Source of the DNA: Eledone cirrhosa
Lineage: Eukaryota
Direction: 5' to 3'
Length of the DNA stretch: 64,000 nucleotides
NCBI GenBank assembly: GCA_964016885.1
Contig: OZ024751.1
Coordinates: 17,980,001 to 18,044,000 of the forward strand
Position numbers and translations under genes: made by a program. The first letter of the stretch is position 1. Each line of letters begins with the position of its first letter. The notes below the pieces were generated by a model, which had not been told where the DNA came from, did not search any database, and saw only the letters and a program-made list of their open reading frames with translations. This document shows positions 52,058 through 64,000 of the stretch, piece after piece.

Positions 52058-52999
52058 TGTTTACATGCCAACACAAGAGCAAGAATGAGGAGCTCATTCT
52101 ACTGACATGGCTTTAAAAAAGAGGCCGTTTGCATAACTTGAAATGAATCAATTATTACTTTTAATATTCGAAAAACTCAGATTATATTTATTGTATCAGC
52201 CATGTAGAGAGAAAATCTTTTTTTATTTTAATTCTTTTATTATATATATATATGTGTTGTAGCTCTGGTTCGTTAGAATCTATTGAGCGCTTGCCACACA
52301 TCTCGGAAGTTGTTTTTCGCTAATTTCCAAAGCCGAAATACGATTCTCGCTAATTTATATTTGTATTAATCTCCCGAGTCTAGCTATTGACCAGTTAATT
52401 TTCTTGATTTTTTTAGTTGATTCTATTGACTGATGAATGGCTTTTGTTAACTTTAAAACCATTCTGTTGAGAACTTAATTCGTTTTGTGATATTTTGCAA
52501 TTTTGCAATAATATACACATACTGAATTCATCCGCCAAAAATAAGGGTTGCCTCCCTTGTCGAGCCCCACGTGGGTATTGGTAACGGTCAATCCGTGGCC
52601 TGGCACTTGAACTAAAAGCCTGTTGAGAAAGTGACTTACTTGTTCAATCATCTTATGCCGGCAAGCGCTCAATGGACTAGAAAGAAGCCAGAACAATTAA
52701 CATACGTTATAAGGACCTGACACATTATAAAAATGGCTGTGATGTGACATATATGGATATATCACAGATTATCAGTGACATAGCTGCATGGTTTAACTCA
52801 ATCCCATTACTGCACTAGGGCTGGGTGAACACAACCACAAGGATATGGTCCGAACGTGGAAGAGCCGAACACCCACTGTCATCGCCTCCATCTCTCTCAC
52901 CCTCCTCATCTCTCCGTAGGGTGTCGTTTCGGCAGTGAGCAAGAGAGAGCTATATAGAAAGAAGGAGGAATTAAATAAGGGTGAAGGGAGACTATAGAC

Positions 53000-53067
<68 letters not shown>

Positions 53068-53449
53068 ATGTGTGAGGGAAATATGTGTAGATGAGGGTAA
53101 GGAAGAGATAGTAAAATAGATAAGGAGGAGGTGTAAGGTAGTTAACTCTTTTATAACTCTATATCATATTTCATTGGAAGGGTCAGTTTAGTGTAAGGAG
53201 GAGAAGGAGGAGGAGAAGGATAGTAGTAGTAGTAGTAGTAGTAGTAGTAGCAGCAGCAGCAGCAACAACAGCAGTAGTAACAGCAGCAGCGGCGGCAGCA
53301 GTAACAGCGGCAGTGGCAGCAGTGGTGGTAGTAGTAGTAGACGAAAGTGGTGGTGGTGTTAGTGGAGTTAGAGTTGTGCCTGCTGTTGATGGTCGTAGTG
53401 GTAGTGGTTGCCGGATAGGGACTGATAGGTGGTGGCATATGGTGGTGTG

Positions 53450-54060
53450 GTGATGGTATGTGGCGAGGGTGATGGTGGTACCGTGGAGGGTGATGGTAGT
53501 ATGGTGGATGGTGGTGGTGGTGGTGATGGTATGTGGCGAGGGTGATGGTGGTACCGTGGAGGGTGATGGTAGTATGGTGGATGGTGGTGGTGGTGGTGAT
53601 GGTATGTGGCGAGGGTGATGGTGGTGGATGGTGGACGGTGGTGGTGGTGGTGATGGTATGTGGCGAGGGTGATGGTGGTGGATGGTGGACGGTGGTGGTG
53701 GTGGTGATGGTATGTGGCGAGAGTGATGGTGGTGGATGGTGGACGGTGGTGGTGGTGGTGATGGTATGTGGCGAGGGTGATGGTGGTGGATGGTGGACGG
53801 TGGTGGTGGTGGTGATGGTATGTGGCGAGGGTGATGGTGGTGGATGGTGGACGGTGGTGGTGGTGGTGATGGTATGTGGCGAGGGTGATGGTGGTGGATG
53901 GTGGACGGTGGTGGTGGTGGTGATGGTATGTGGCGAGGGTGATGGTGGTGGATGGTGGACGGTGGTGGTGGTGGTGATGGTATGTGGCGAGGGTGATGGT
54001 GGTGGATGGTGGACGGGGGTGGTGGTGGTGATGGTATGTGGCGAGAGTGATGGTAGTATG
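53450..54060. repeat. 54-bp GGT-rich minisatellite
   Basis: ggtatgtggcgag recurs at 53601, 53655, 53709 and onward. Confidence 0.92.
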
Positions 54061-54869
54061 GTGGATGGTGGTGGTGATCATGATGGTATGGTGGCGAGAG
54101 TGATGGTGGATGGTGGTGGTGATCATGGTGATGGATGGTGATGTTGGTGGTGATGTGATGGATGGTGGAGGAGTGATGGTGGTGGTGGAGGTGATGGTGG
54201 TGGTGGAGGTGATGGTGGTGGTGGAGGTGATGGTGGTGGTGGTGGTGGTGGTGGTGGAGGTGATGGTGATGATCATGATGGTGGTGGTGGTGGTGGTGAT
54301 GGCTGGTGGTGATGTTGGTAGTGATGATCATGATGGTGGTGGTGGTGGTGGTGAGGTGATGGATGGTGGTGGTGGTGGTGATGGTGATGTTGGTAGTGAT
54401 GGTGATGATCATGAGTGATGGTGGTGTGATGGTGGTGATGTTGGTGTGATGGTGGTGATGGAGGTGATGGTGGTGGTGGAGGTGATGGTGTGGTGGAGGT
54501 GATGGTGATGGTGGAGGTGATGGTGTGGAGGTGATGGTGTGGAGGTGATGGTGTGGGAGGTGATGGTGGAGGTGGTGGTGGTGGTGGATGGTGGTGGTGG
54601 GGTGGTTGTATGGGGTAGTGTTTTTTGTCTGGATGTTGTGGTGGCTGGTGGTGATGGTGATGGTCGGTGGTTGGTGGATGGTGCAGTGGTGGTGTGCTAG
54701 GTGGTGAGTATGTGTTGGTTGTGTGAAAGTGTGTAGTGTTGTAGTGGTGGCTGGTGAGTGGTGGGTGAGGTTGTAGTGGTAGGGTGGTGATGGTGATGGT
54801 GATCATGGTGATGGTTGTGGTGGTAGTGGTGTTAGTGGCGATTGTATGGCGTTGTTGTGGTGGTGAATG

Positions 54870-57800
54870 GTGGTGGTGGTGGTAGTAGTGGTTGTATGTG
54901 TTTTGTGGGAGGTGGTGGATGTGGTGGTGGGTGGTAGTAGTGGTTGTATGTGTTTTGTGGAGGTGGTGGATGTGGTGGTGGTGGTGGTAGTAGTGGTTGT
55001 ATGTGTTTTGTGGGAGATGGTGATGGTGGTGGTAGTAGTGGTTGTATGTGTTTTGTGGGAGGTGGTGGATGTGGTGGTGGTGGTGGTAGTAGTGGTTGTA
55101 TGTGTTTTGTGGGAGATGGTGTGGTGGTGGTGGTGGTGGTGGTAGTAGTGGTTGTATGTGTTTTGTGGGAGATGGTGGATGTGGTGGTGGTAGTAGTAGT
55201 AGTGGTTGTATGTGTTTTGTGGGAGATGGTGGTGGTGGTAGTAGTGGTTGTATGTGTTTTGTGGGAGATGGTGGATGTGGTGGTGGTGGTGGTATGTGTT
55301 TTGTGGGAGGTGGTGGATGTGGTGGTGGTGGTGGTAGTAGTGGTTGTATGTGTTTTGTGGGAGGTGGTGGATGTGGTGGTGGTGGTGGTAGTAGTGGTTG
55401 TATGTGTTTTGTGGGAGATGATGGATGTGGTGGTGGTGGTGGTGGTGGTAGTAGTGGTTGTATGTGTTTTGTGGGAGATGGTGGATGTGGTGGTGGTAGT
55501 AGTAGTAGTGGTTGTATGTGTTTTGTGGGAGATGGTGGTGGTGGTAGTAGTGGTTGTATGTGTTTTGTGGGAGATGGTGGATGTGGTGGTGGTGGTGGTA
55601 GTAGTGGTTGTATGTGTTTTGTGGGAGATGGTGGATGTGGTGGTGGTGGTGGTAGTAGTGGTTGTATGTGTTTGTGGGAGGTGGTGGATGTGGTGGTGGT
55701 GGTGGTAGTAGTGGTTGTATGTGTTTTGTGGGAGGTGGTGGATGTGGTGGTGGTGGTGGTAGTAGTGGTTGTATGTGTTTTGTGGGAGGTGGTGGATGTG
55801 GTGGTGGTGGTGGTAGTAGTGGTTGTATGTGTTTTGTGGGAGATGGTGGATGTGGTGGTGGTGGTGGTGGTGGTGGTAGTAGTGGTTGTATGTGTTTTGT
55901 GGGAGATGGTGGATGTGGTGGTGGTAGTAGTGGTTGTATGTGTTTTGTGGGAGGTGGTGGATGTGGTGGTGGTGGTGGTAGTAGTGGTTGTATGTGTTTT
56001 CTGGGAGGTGGTGGATGTGGTGGTGGTGGTGGTAGTAGTGGTTGTATGTGTTTTGTGGGAGGTGGTGGATGTGGTGGTGGTGGTGGTAGTAGTGGTTGTA
56101 TGTGTTTTGTGGGAGATGGTGGATGTGGTGGTGGTGGTGGTGGTGGTAGTAGTGGTTGTATGTGTTTTGTGGGAGATGGTGGATGTGGTGGTGGTAGTAG
56201 TGGTTGTATGTGTTTTGTGGGAGGTGGTGGATGTGGTGGTGGTGGTGGTAGTAGTGGTTGTATGTGTTTTCTGGGAGGTGGTGGATGTGGTGGTGGTGGT
56301 GGTAGTAGTGGTTGTATGTGTTTTGTGGGAGGTGGTGGATGTGGTGGTGGTGGTGGTAGTAGTGGTTGTATGTGTTTTGTGGGAGATGGTGGATGTGGTG
56401 GTGGTGGTGGTGGTGGTAGTAGTGGTTGTGTGTGTTTTGTGGGAGATGGTGGATGTGGTGGTGGTAGTAGTGGTTGTATGTGTTTTGTGGGAGGTGGTGG
56501 ATGTGGTGGTGGTGGTGGTAGTAGTGGTTGTATGTGTTTTGTGGGAGGTGGTGGATGTGGTGGTGGTGGTGGTAGTAGTGGTTGTATGTGTTTTGTGGGA
56601 GGTGGTGGTGGTGGTGGTGGTGGTAGTAGTGGTTGTATGTGTTTTGTGGGAGGTGGTGGATGGTGGTGGTGGTAGTAGTGGTTGTATGTGTTTTGTGGGA
56701 GATGGTGGATGTGGTGGTGGTGGTGGTGGTGGTAGTAGTGGTTGTATGTGTTTTGTGGGAGATGGTGGATGTGGTGGTGGTGGTGGTAGTAGTGGTTGTA
56801 TGTGTTTTGTGGGAGATGGTGGATGTGGTGGTGGTAGTAGTGGTTGTATGTGTTTTGTGGGAGGTGGTGGATGTGGTGGTGGTGGTGGTAGTAGTGGTTG
56901 TATGTGTTTTGTGGGAGGTGGTGGATGTGGTGGTGGTGGTGGTGGTAGTGGTTGTATGTGTTTTGTGGGAGGTGGTGGATGTGGTGGTGGTAGTAGTGGT
57001 TGTATGTGTTTTGTGGGAGATGGTGGATGTGGTGGTGGTGGTGGTAGTAGTGGTTGTATGTGTTTTGTGGGAGATGGTGGATGTGGTGGTGGTAGTAGTG
57101 GTTGTATGTGTTTTGTGGGAGATGGTGGATGTGGTGGTGGTGGTGGTAGTAGTGGTTGTATGTGTTTTGTGGGAGATGGTGGATGTGGTGGTGGTAGTAG
57201 TGGTTGTATGTGTTTTGTGGGAGGTGGTGGATGTGGTGGTGGTGGTGGTAGTAGTGGTTGTATGTGTTTTGTGGGAGGTGGTGGATGTGGTGGTGGTGGT
57301 GGTGGTAGTGGTTGTATGTGTTTTGTGGGAGGTGGTGGATGTGGTGGTAGTGGTGGTGGTAGTGGTTGTATGTGTTTTGTGGGAGGTGGTGGATGTGGTG
57401 GTGGTAGTAGTGGTTGTATGTGTTTTGTGGGAGATGGTGGATGTGGTGGTGGTGGTGGTAGTAGTGGTTGTATGTGTTTTGTGGGAGGTGGTGGATGTGG
57501 TGGTGGTGGTGGTGGTAGTGGTTGTATGTGTTTTGTGGGAGGTGGTGGATGTGGTGGTGGTAGTAGTGGTTGTATGTGTTTTGTGGGAGATGGTGGATGT
57601 GGTGGTGGTGGTGGTAGTAGTGGTTGTATGTGTTTTGTGGGAGATGGTGGATGTGGTGGTGGTAGTAGTGGTTGTATGTGTTTTGTGGGAGATGGTGGAT
57701 GTGGTGGTGGTGGTGGTAGTAGTGGTTGTATGTGTTTTGTGGGAGATGGTGGATGTGGTGGTGGTAGTAGTGGTTGTATGTGTTTTGTGGGAGGTGGTGG

Positions 57801-60800
57801 ATGTGGTGGTGGTGGTGGTAGTAGTGGTTGTATGTGTTTTGTGGGAGGTGGTGGATGTGGTGGTGGTGGTGGTGGTAGTGGTTGTATGTGTTTTGTGGGA
57901 GGTGGTGGATGTGGTGGTGGTGGTGGTGGTAGTGGTTGTATGTGTTTTGTGGGAGGTGGTGGATGTGGTGGTGGTAGTAGTGGTTGTATGTGTTTTGTGG
58001 GAGATGGTGGATGTGGTGGTGGTGGTGGTAGTAGTGGTTGTATGTGTTTTGTGGGAGATGGTGGATGTGGTGGTGGTAGTAGTGGTTGTATGTGTTTTGT
58101 GGGAGATGGTGGATGTGGTGGTGGTGGTGGTAGTAGTGGTTGTATGTGTTTTGTGGGAGATGGTGGATGTGGTGGTGGTAGTAGTGGTTGTATGTGTTTT
58201 GTGGGAGGTGGTGGATGTGGTGGTGGTGGTGGTAGTAGTGGTTGTATGTGTTTTGTGGGAGGTGGTGGATGTGGTGGTGGTGGTGGTGGTAGTGGTTGTA
58301 TGTGTTTTGTGGGAGGTGGTGGATGTGGTGGTGGTGGTGGTAGTAGTGGTTGTATGTGTTTTGTGGGAGATGGTGGATGTGGTGGTGGTGGTGGTGGTGG
58401 TGGTAGTAGTGGTTGTATGTGTTTTGTGGGAGATGGTGGATGTGGTGGTGGTAGTAGTGGTTGTATGTGTTTTGTGGGAGGTGGTGGATGTGGTGGTGGT
58501 GGTGGTAGTAGTGGTTGTATGTGTTTTCTGGGAGGTGGTGGATGTGGTGGTGGTGGTGGTAGTAGTGGTTGTATGTGTTTTGTGGGAGGTGGTGGATGTG
58601 GTGGTGGTGGTGGTAGTAGTGGTTGTATGTGTTTTGTGGGAGATGGTGGATGTGGTGGTGGTGGTGGTGGTGGTAGTAGTGGTTGTATGTGTTTTGTGGG
58701 AGATGGTGGATGTGGTGGTGGTAGTAGTAGTAGTGGTTGTATGTGTTTTGTGGGAGGTGGTGGTGGTGGTAGTAGTGGTTGTATGTGTTTTGTGGGAGAT
58801 GGTGGATGTGGCGGTGGTAGTAGTGGTTGTATGTGTTTTGTGGGAAATGGTGGATGTGGCGGTGGTAGTAGTGGTTGTATGTGTTTTGTGGGAGATGGTG
58901 GATGTGGTGGTGGTAGTAGTGGTTGTATGTGTTTTGTGGGAGGTGGTGGATGTGGTGGTGGTGGTGGTAGTAGTGGTTGTATGTGTTTTGTGGGAGGTGG
59001 TGGATGTGGTGGTGGTGGTGGTAGTAGTGGTTGTATGTGTTTTGTGGGAGGTGGTGGTGGTGGTGGTGGTGGTAGTAGTGGTTGTATGTGTTTTGTGGGA
59101 GGTGGTGGATGGTGGTGGTGGTAGTAGTGGTTGTATGTGTTTTGTGGGAGATGGTGGATGTGGTGGTGGTAGTAGTGGTTGTATGTGTTTTGTGGGAGGT
59201 GGTGGATGTGGTGGTGGTGGTGGTAGTAGTGGTTGTATGTGTTTTGTGGGAGGTGGTGGATGGTGGTGGTGGTAGTAGTGGTTGTATGTGTTTTGTGGGA
59301 GGTGGTGGATGTGGCGGTGGTAGTAGTGGTTGTATGTGTTTTGTGGGAGATGGTGGATGTGGTAGTAGTGGTTGTATGTGTTTTGTGGGAGGTGGTGGAT
59401 GTGGTGGTGGTAGTAGTGGTTGTATGTGTTTTGTGGGAGATGGTGGATGTGGTGGTGGTGGTGGTAGTAGTGGTTGTATGTGTTTTGTGGGAGATGGTGG
59501 ATGTGGTGGTGGTAGTAGTGGTTGTATGTGTTTTGTGGGAGATGGTGGATGTGGTGGTGGTGGTGGTAGTAGTGGTTGTATGTGTTTTGTGGGAGATGGT
59601 GGATGTGGTGGTGGTAGTAGTGGTTGTATGTGTTTTGTGGGAGGTGGTGGATGTGGTGGTGGTGGTGGTAGTAGTGGTTGTATGTGTTTTGTGGGAGGTG
59701 GTGGATGTGGTGGTGGTGGTGGTGGTAGTGGTTGTATGTGTTTTGTGGGAGGTGGTGGATGTGGTGGTGGTGGTGGTGGTAGTGGTTGTATGTGTTTTGT
59801 GGGAGGTGGTGGATGTGGTGGTGGTAGTAGTGGTTGTATGTGTTTTGTGGGAGATGGTGGATGTGGTGGTGGTGGTGGTAGTAGTGGTTGTATGTGTTTT
59901 GTGGGAGATGGTGGATGTGGTGGTGGTAGTAGTGGTTGTATGTGTTTTGTGGGAGATGGTGGATGTGGTGGTGGTGGTGGTAGTAGTGGTCGTATGTGTT
60001 TTGTGGGAGATGGTGGATGTGGTGGTGGTAGTAGTGGTTGTATGTGTTTTGTGGGAGGTGGTGGATGTGGTGGTGGTGGTGGTAGTAGTGGTTGTATGTG
60101 TTTTGTGGGAGGTGGTGGATGTGGTGGTGGTGGTGGTGGTAGTGGTTGTATGTGTTTTGTGGGAGGTGGTGGATGTGGTGGTGGTGGTGGTAGTAGTGGT
60201 TGTATGTGTTTTGTGGGAGATGGTGGATGTGGTGGTGGTGGTGGTGGTGGTAGTAGTGGTTGTATGTGTTTTGTGGGAGATGGTGGATGTGGTGGTGGTA
60301 GTAGTGGTTGTATGTGTTTTGTGGGAGGTGGTGGATGTGGTGGTGGTGGTGGTAGTAGTGGTTGTATGTGTTTTCTGGGAGGTGGTGGATGTGGTGGTGG
60401 TGGTGGTAGTAGTGGTTGTATGTGTTTTGTGGGAGGTGGTGGATGTGGTGGTGGTGGTGGTAGTAGTGGTTGTATGTGTTTTGTGGGAGATGGTGGATGT
60501 GGTGGTGGTGGTGGTGGTGGTAGTAGTGGTTGTATGTGTTTTGTGGGAGATGGTGGATGTGGTGGTGGTAGTAGTAGTAGTGGTTGTATGTGTTTTGTGG
60601 GAGGTGGTGGTGGTGGTAGTAGTGGTTGTATGTGTTTTGTGGGAGATGGTGGATGTGGCGGTGGTAGTAGTGGTTGTATGTGTTTTGTGGGAAATGGTGG
60701 ATGTGGCGGTGGTAGTAGTGGTTGTATGTGTTTTGTGGGAGATGGTGGATGTGGTGGTGGTAGTAGTGGTTGTATGTGTTTTGTGGGAGGTGGTGGATGT

Positions 60801-63800
60801 GGTGGTGGTGGTGGTAGTAGTGGTTGTATGTGTTTTGTGGGAGGTGGTGGATGTGGTGGTGGTGGTGGTAGTAGTGGTTGTATGTGTTTTGTGGGAGGTG
60901 GTGGTGGTGGTGGTGGTGGTAGTAGTGGTTGTATGTGTTTTGTGGGAGGTGGTGGATGGTGGTGGTGGTAGTAGTGGTTGTATGTGTTTTGTGGGAGATG
61001 GTGGATGTGGTGGTGGTAGTAGTGGTTGTATGTGTTTTGTGGGAGGTGGTGGATGTGGTGGTGGTGGTGGTAGTAGTGGTTGTATGTGTTTTGTGGGAGG
61101 TGGTGGATGGTGGTGGTGGTAGTAGTGGTTGTATGTGTTTTGTGGGAGGTGGTGGATGTGGCGGTGGTAGTAGTGGTTGTATGTGTTTTGTGGGAGATGG
61201 TGGATGTGGTAGTAGTGGTTGTATGTGTTTTGTGGGAGGTGGTGGATGTGGTGGTGGTGGTGGTAGTAGTGGTTGTATGTGTTTTTTGTGGGAGGTGGTG
61301 GATGGTGGTAGTGGTGGTGGTAGTGGTTGTATGTGTTTTGTGGGAGGTGGTGGATGTGGTGGTGGTGGTGGTAGTAGTGGTTGTATGTGTTTTGTGGGAG
61401 GTGATGGATGTGGTGGTGGTGGTGGTAGTAGTGGTTGTATGTGTTTTGTGGGAGGTGGTGGTTGTGGTGGTGGTGGTGGTAGTAGAGGTTGTATGTGTTT
61501 TGTGGGAGGTGGTGGATGTGGTGGTGGTGGTGGTAGTAGTGGTTGTATGTGTTTTTTGTGGGAGGTGGTGGATGGTGGTAGTGGTGGTGGTAGTGGTTGT
61601 ATGTGTTTTGTGGGAGGTGGTGGATGTGGTGGTGGTGGTGGTAGTAGTGGTTGTATGTGTTTTGTGGGAGGTGGTGGATGTGGTGGTGGTGGTGGTGGTA
61701 GTAGTGGTTGTATGTGTTTTGTGGGAGGTGGTGGTTGTGGTGTTGGTGGTGGTAGTAGTGGTTGTATGTGTTTTGTGGGAGATGGTGGATGTGGTAGTAG
61801 TGGTTGTATGTGTTTTGTGGGAGGTGGTGGATGTGGTGGTGGTGGTGGTAGTAGTGGTTGTATGTGTTTTGTGGGAGGTGGTGGATGTGGTGGTGGTGGT
61901 GGTAGTAGTGGTTGTATGTGTTTTGTGGGAGATGGTGGATGTGGTGGTGGTGGTGGTAGTAGTGGTTGTATGTGTTTTGTGGGAGGTGGTGGATGTGGTG
62001 GTGGTGGTGGTAGTAGTGGTTGTATGTGTTTTGTGGGAGGTGGTGGTAGTGGTAGTAGTAGTAGTGGTTGTATGTGTTTTGTGGGAGGTGGTGGATGTGG
62101 TGGTGGTGGTGGTAGTAGTGGTTGTATGTGTTTTGTGGGAGGTGGTGGATGTGGTGGTGGTGGTGGTAGTAGTGGTTGTATGTGTTTTGTGGGAGGTGGT
62201 GGATGTGGTGGTGGTGGTGGTAGTAGTGGTTGTATGTGTTTTTTGTGGGAGGTGGTGGATGGTGGTGGTGGTGGTGGTAGTGGTTGTATGTGTTTTGTGG
62301 AGATGGTGGATGTGGTGGTGGTGGTGGTAGTAGTGGTTGTATGTGTTTTGTGGGAGATGGTGGATGTGGTGGTGGTAGTAGTGGTTGTATGTGTTTTGTG
62401 GGAGGTGGTGGATGTGGTGGTGGTGGTGGTAGTAGTGGTTGTATGTGTTTTGTGGGAGGTGGTGGATGTGGTGGTGGTGGTGGTGGTAGTGGTTGTATGT
62501 GTTTTGTGGGAGGTGGTGGATGTGGTGGTGGTGGTGGTGGTAGTGGTTGTATGTGTTTTGTGGGAGGTGGTGGATGTGGTGGTGGTAGTAGTGGTTGTAT
62601 GTGTTTTGTGGGAGATGGTGGATGTGGTGGTGGTGGTGGTAGTAGTGGTTGTATGTGTTTTGTGGGAGATGGTGGATGTGGTGGTGGTAGTAGTGGTTGT
62701 ATGTGTTTTGTGGGAGATGGTGGATGTGGTGGTGGTGGTGGTAGTAGTGGTCGTATGTGTTTTGTGGGAGATGGTGGATGTGGTGGTGGTAGTAGTGGTT
62801 GTATGTGTTTTGTGGGAGGTGGTGGATGTGGTGGTGGTGGTGGTAGTAGTGGTTGTATGTGTTTTGTGGGAGGTGGTGGATGTGGTGGTGGTGGTGGTGG
62901 TAGTGGTTGTATGTGTTTTGTGGGAGGTGGTGGATGTGGTGGTGGTGGTGGTAGTAGTGGTTGTATGTGTTTTGTGGGAGATGGTGGATGTGGTGGTGGT
63001 GGTGGTGGTGGTAGTAGTGGTTGTATGTGTTTTGTGGGAGATGGTGGATGTGGTGGTGGTAGTAGTGGTTGTATGTGTTTTGTGGGAGGTGGTGGATGTG
63101 GTGGTGGTGGTGGTAGTAGTGGTTGTATGTGTTTTCTGGGAGGTGGTGGATGTGGTGGTGGTGGTGGTAGTAGTGGTTGTATGTGTTTTGTGGGAGGTGG
63201 TGGATGTGGTGGTGGTGGTGGTAGTAGTGGTTGTATGTGTTTTGTGGGAGATGGTGGATGTGGTGGTGGTGGTGGTGGTGGTAGTAGTGGTTGTATGTGT
63301 TTTGTGGGAGATGGTGGATGTGGTGGTGGTAGTAGTAGTAGTGGTTGTATGTGTTTTGTGGGAGGTGGTGGTGGTGGTAGTAGTGGTTGTATGTGTTTTG
63401 TGGGAGATGGTGGATGTGGCGGTGGTAGTAGTGGTTGTATGTGTTTTGTGGGAAATGGTGGATGTGGCGGTGGTAGTAGTGGTTGTATGTGTTTTGTGGG
63501 AGATGGTGGATGTGGTGGTGGTAGTAGTGGTTGTATGTGTTTTGTGGGAGGTGGTGGATGTGGTGGTGGTGGTGGTAGTAGTGGTTGTATGTGTTTTGTG
63601 GGAGGTGGTGGATGTGGTGGTGGTGGTGGTAGTAGTGGTTGTATGTGTTTTGTGGGAGGTGGTGGTGGTGGTGGTGGTGGTAGTAGTGGTTGTATGTGTT
63701 TTGTGGGAGGTGGTGGATGGTGGTGGTGGTAGTAGTGGTTGTATGTGTTTTGTGGGAGATGGTGGATGTGGTGGTGGTAGTAGTGGTTGTATGTGTTTTG

Positions 63801-64000
63801 TGGGAGGTGGTGGATGTGGTGGTGGTGGTGGTAGTAGTGGTTGTATGTGTTTTGTGGGAGGTGGTGGATGGTGGTGGTGGTAGTAGTGGTTGTATGTGTT
63901 TTGTGGGAGGTGGTGGATGTGGCGGTGGTAGTAGTGGTTGTATGTGTTTTGTGGGAGATGGTGGATGTGGTAGTAGTGGTTGTATGTGTTTTGTGGGAGG
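54870..64000. repeat. >9-kb GT-rich minisatellite with ~33-54-bp units, running off the window
   Basis: Unit ggtagtagtggttgtatgtgttttgtgggag(g/a)tggtggatgt(ggt)n. Confidence 0.98.

Larger units (their letters stand above)
51677..52191. mobile_element. Family H4 head-to-head inverted pair (~180-190-bp arms) with an inner 18-bp hairpin
   Basis: The arms are reverse complements. Inner inverted repeat at 51944-51996. Confidence 0.85.

Noticed and set aside
53183-54412. His/Pro-rich extensin-like ORF
   Set aside because: Translation of the 54-bp minisatellite.
54867-63883. Very long ORFs encoding GGGGSSGCMCFV or VVVVCVLWE repeats, resembling a Gly/Cys-rich structural protein
   Set aside because: They arise from a stop-free triplet-based minisatellite. 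Frames swap at scattered indels and there is no signal peptide or unique domain.

Overview
Eukaryotic, AT-rich, microsatellite-saturated DNA with one 200-N gap and no recognisable host protein-coding exon. The tRNA-SINE family and repeat landscape look like an octopod cephalopod genome (inference). Main contents: (1) an intact full-length L1/Tx1-clade non-LTR retrotransposon (12156-17932, minus) inserted in the (ATT)n tail of a tandem SINE array. (2) Five 5'-truncated copies of a sister Tx1 lineage, all sitting in (GATA)n at the same 3' junction phase, suggesting microsatellite-targeting elements with diverged specificities. (3) About 15 tRNA-derived SINE copies whose 3' tail resembles the Tx1 3' end. 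(4) At least seven unrelated short repeat families carrying type I hammerhead-ribozyme motifs (Penelope pLTR/retrozyme-like), mostly beside (TA)n/(TG)n tracts and repeatedly arranged as head-to-head foldback pairs. (5) Tc1/mariner MITEs and two satellites with higher-order structure. Nearly all other ORFs in the track are microsatellite artefacts. All alignments and folds were done by eye.
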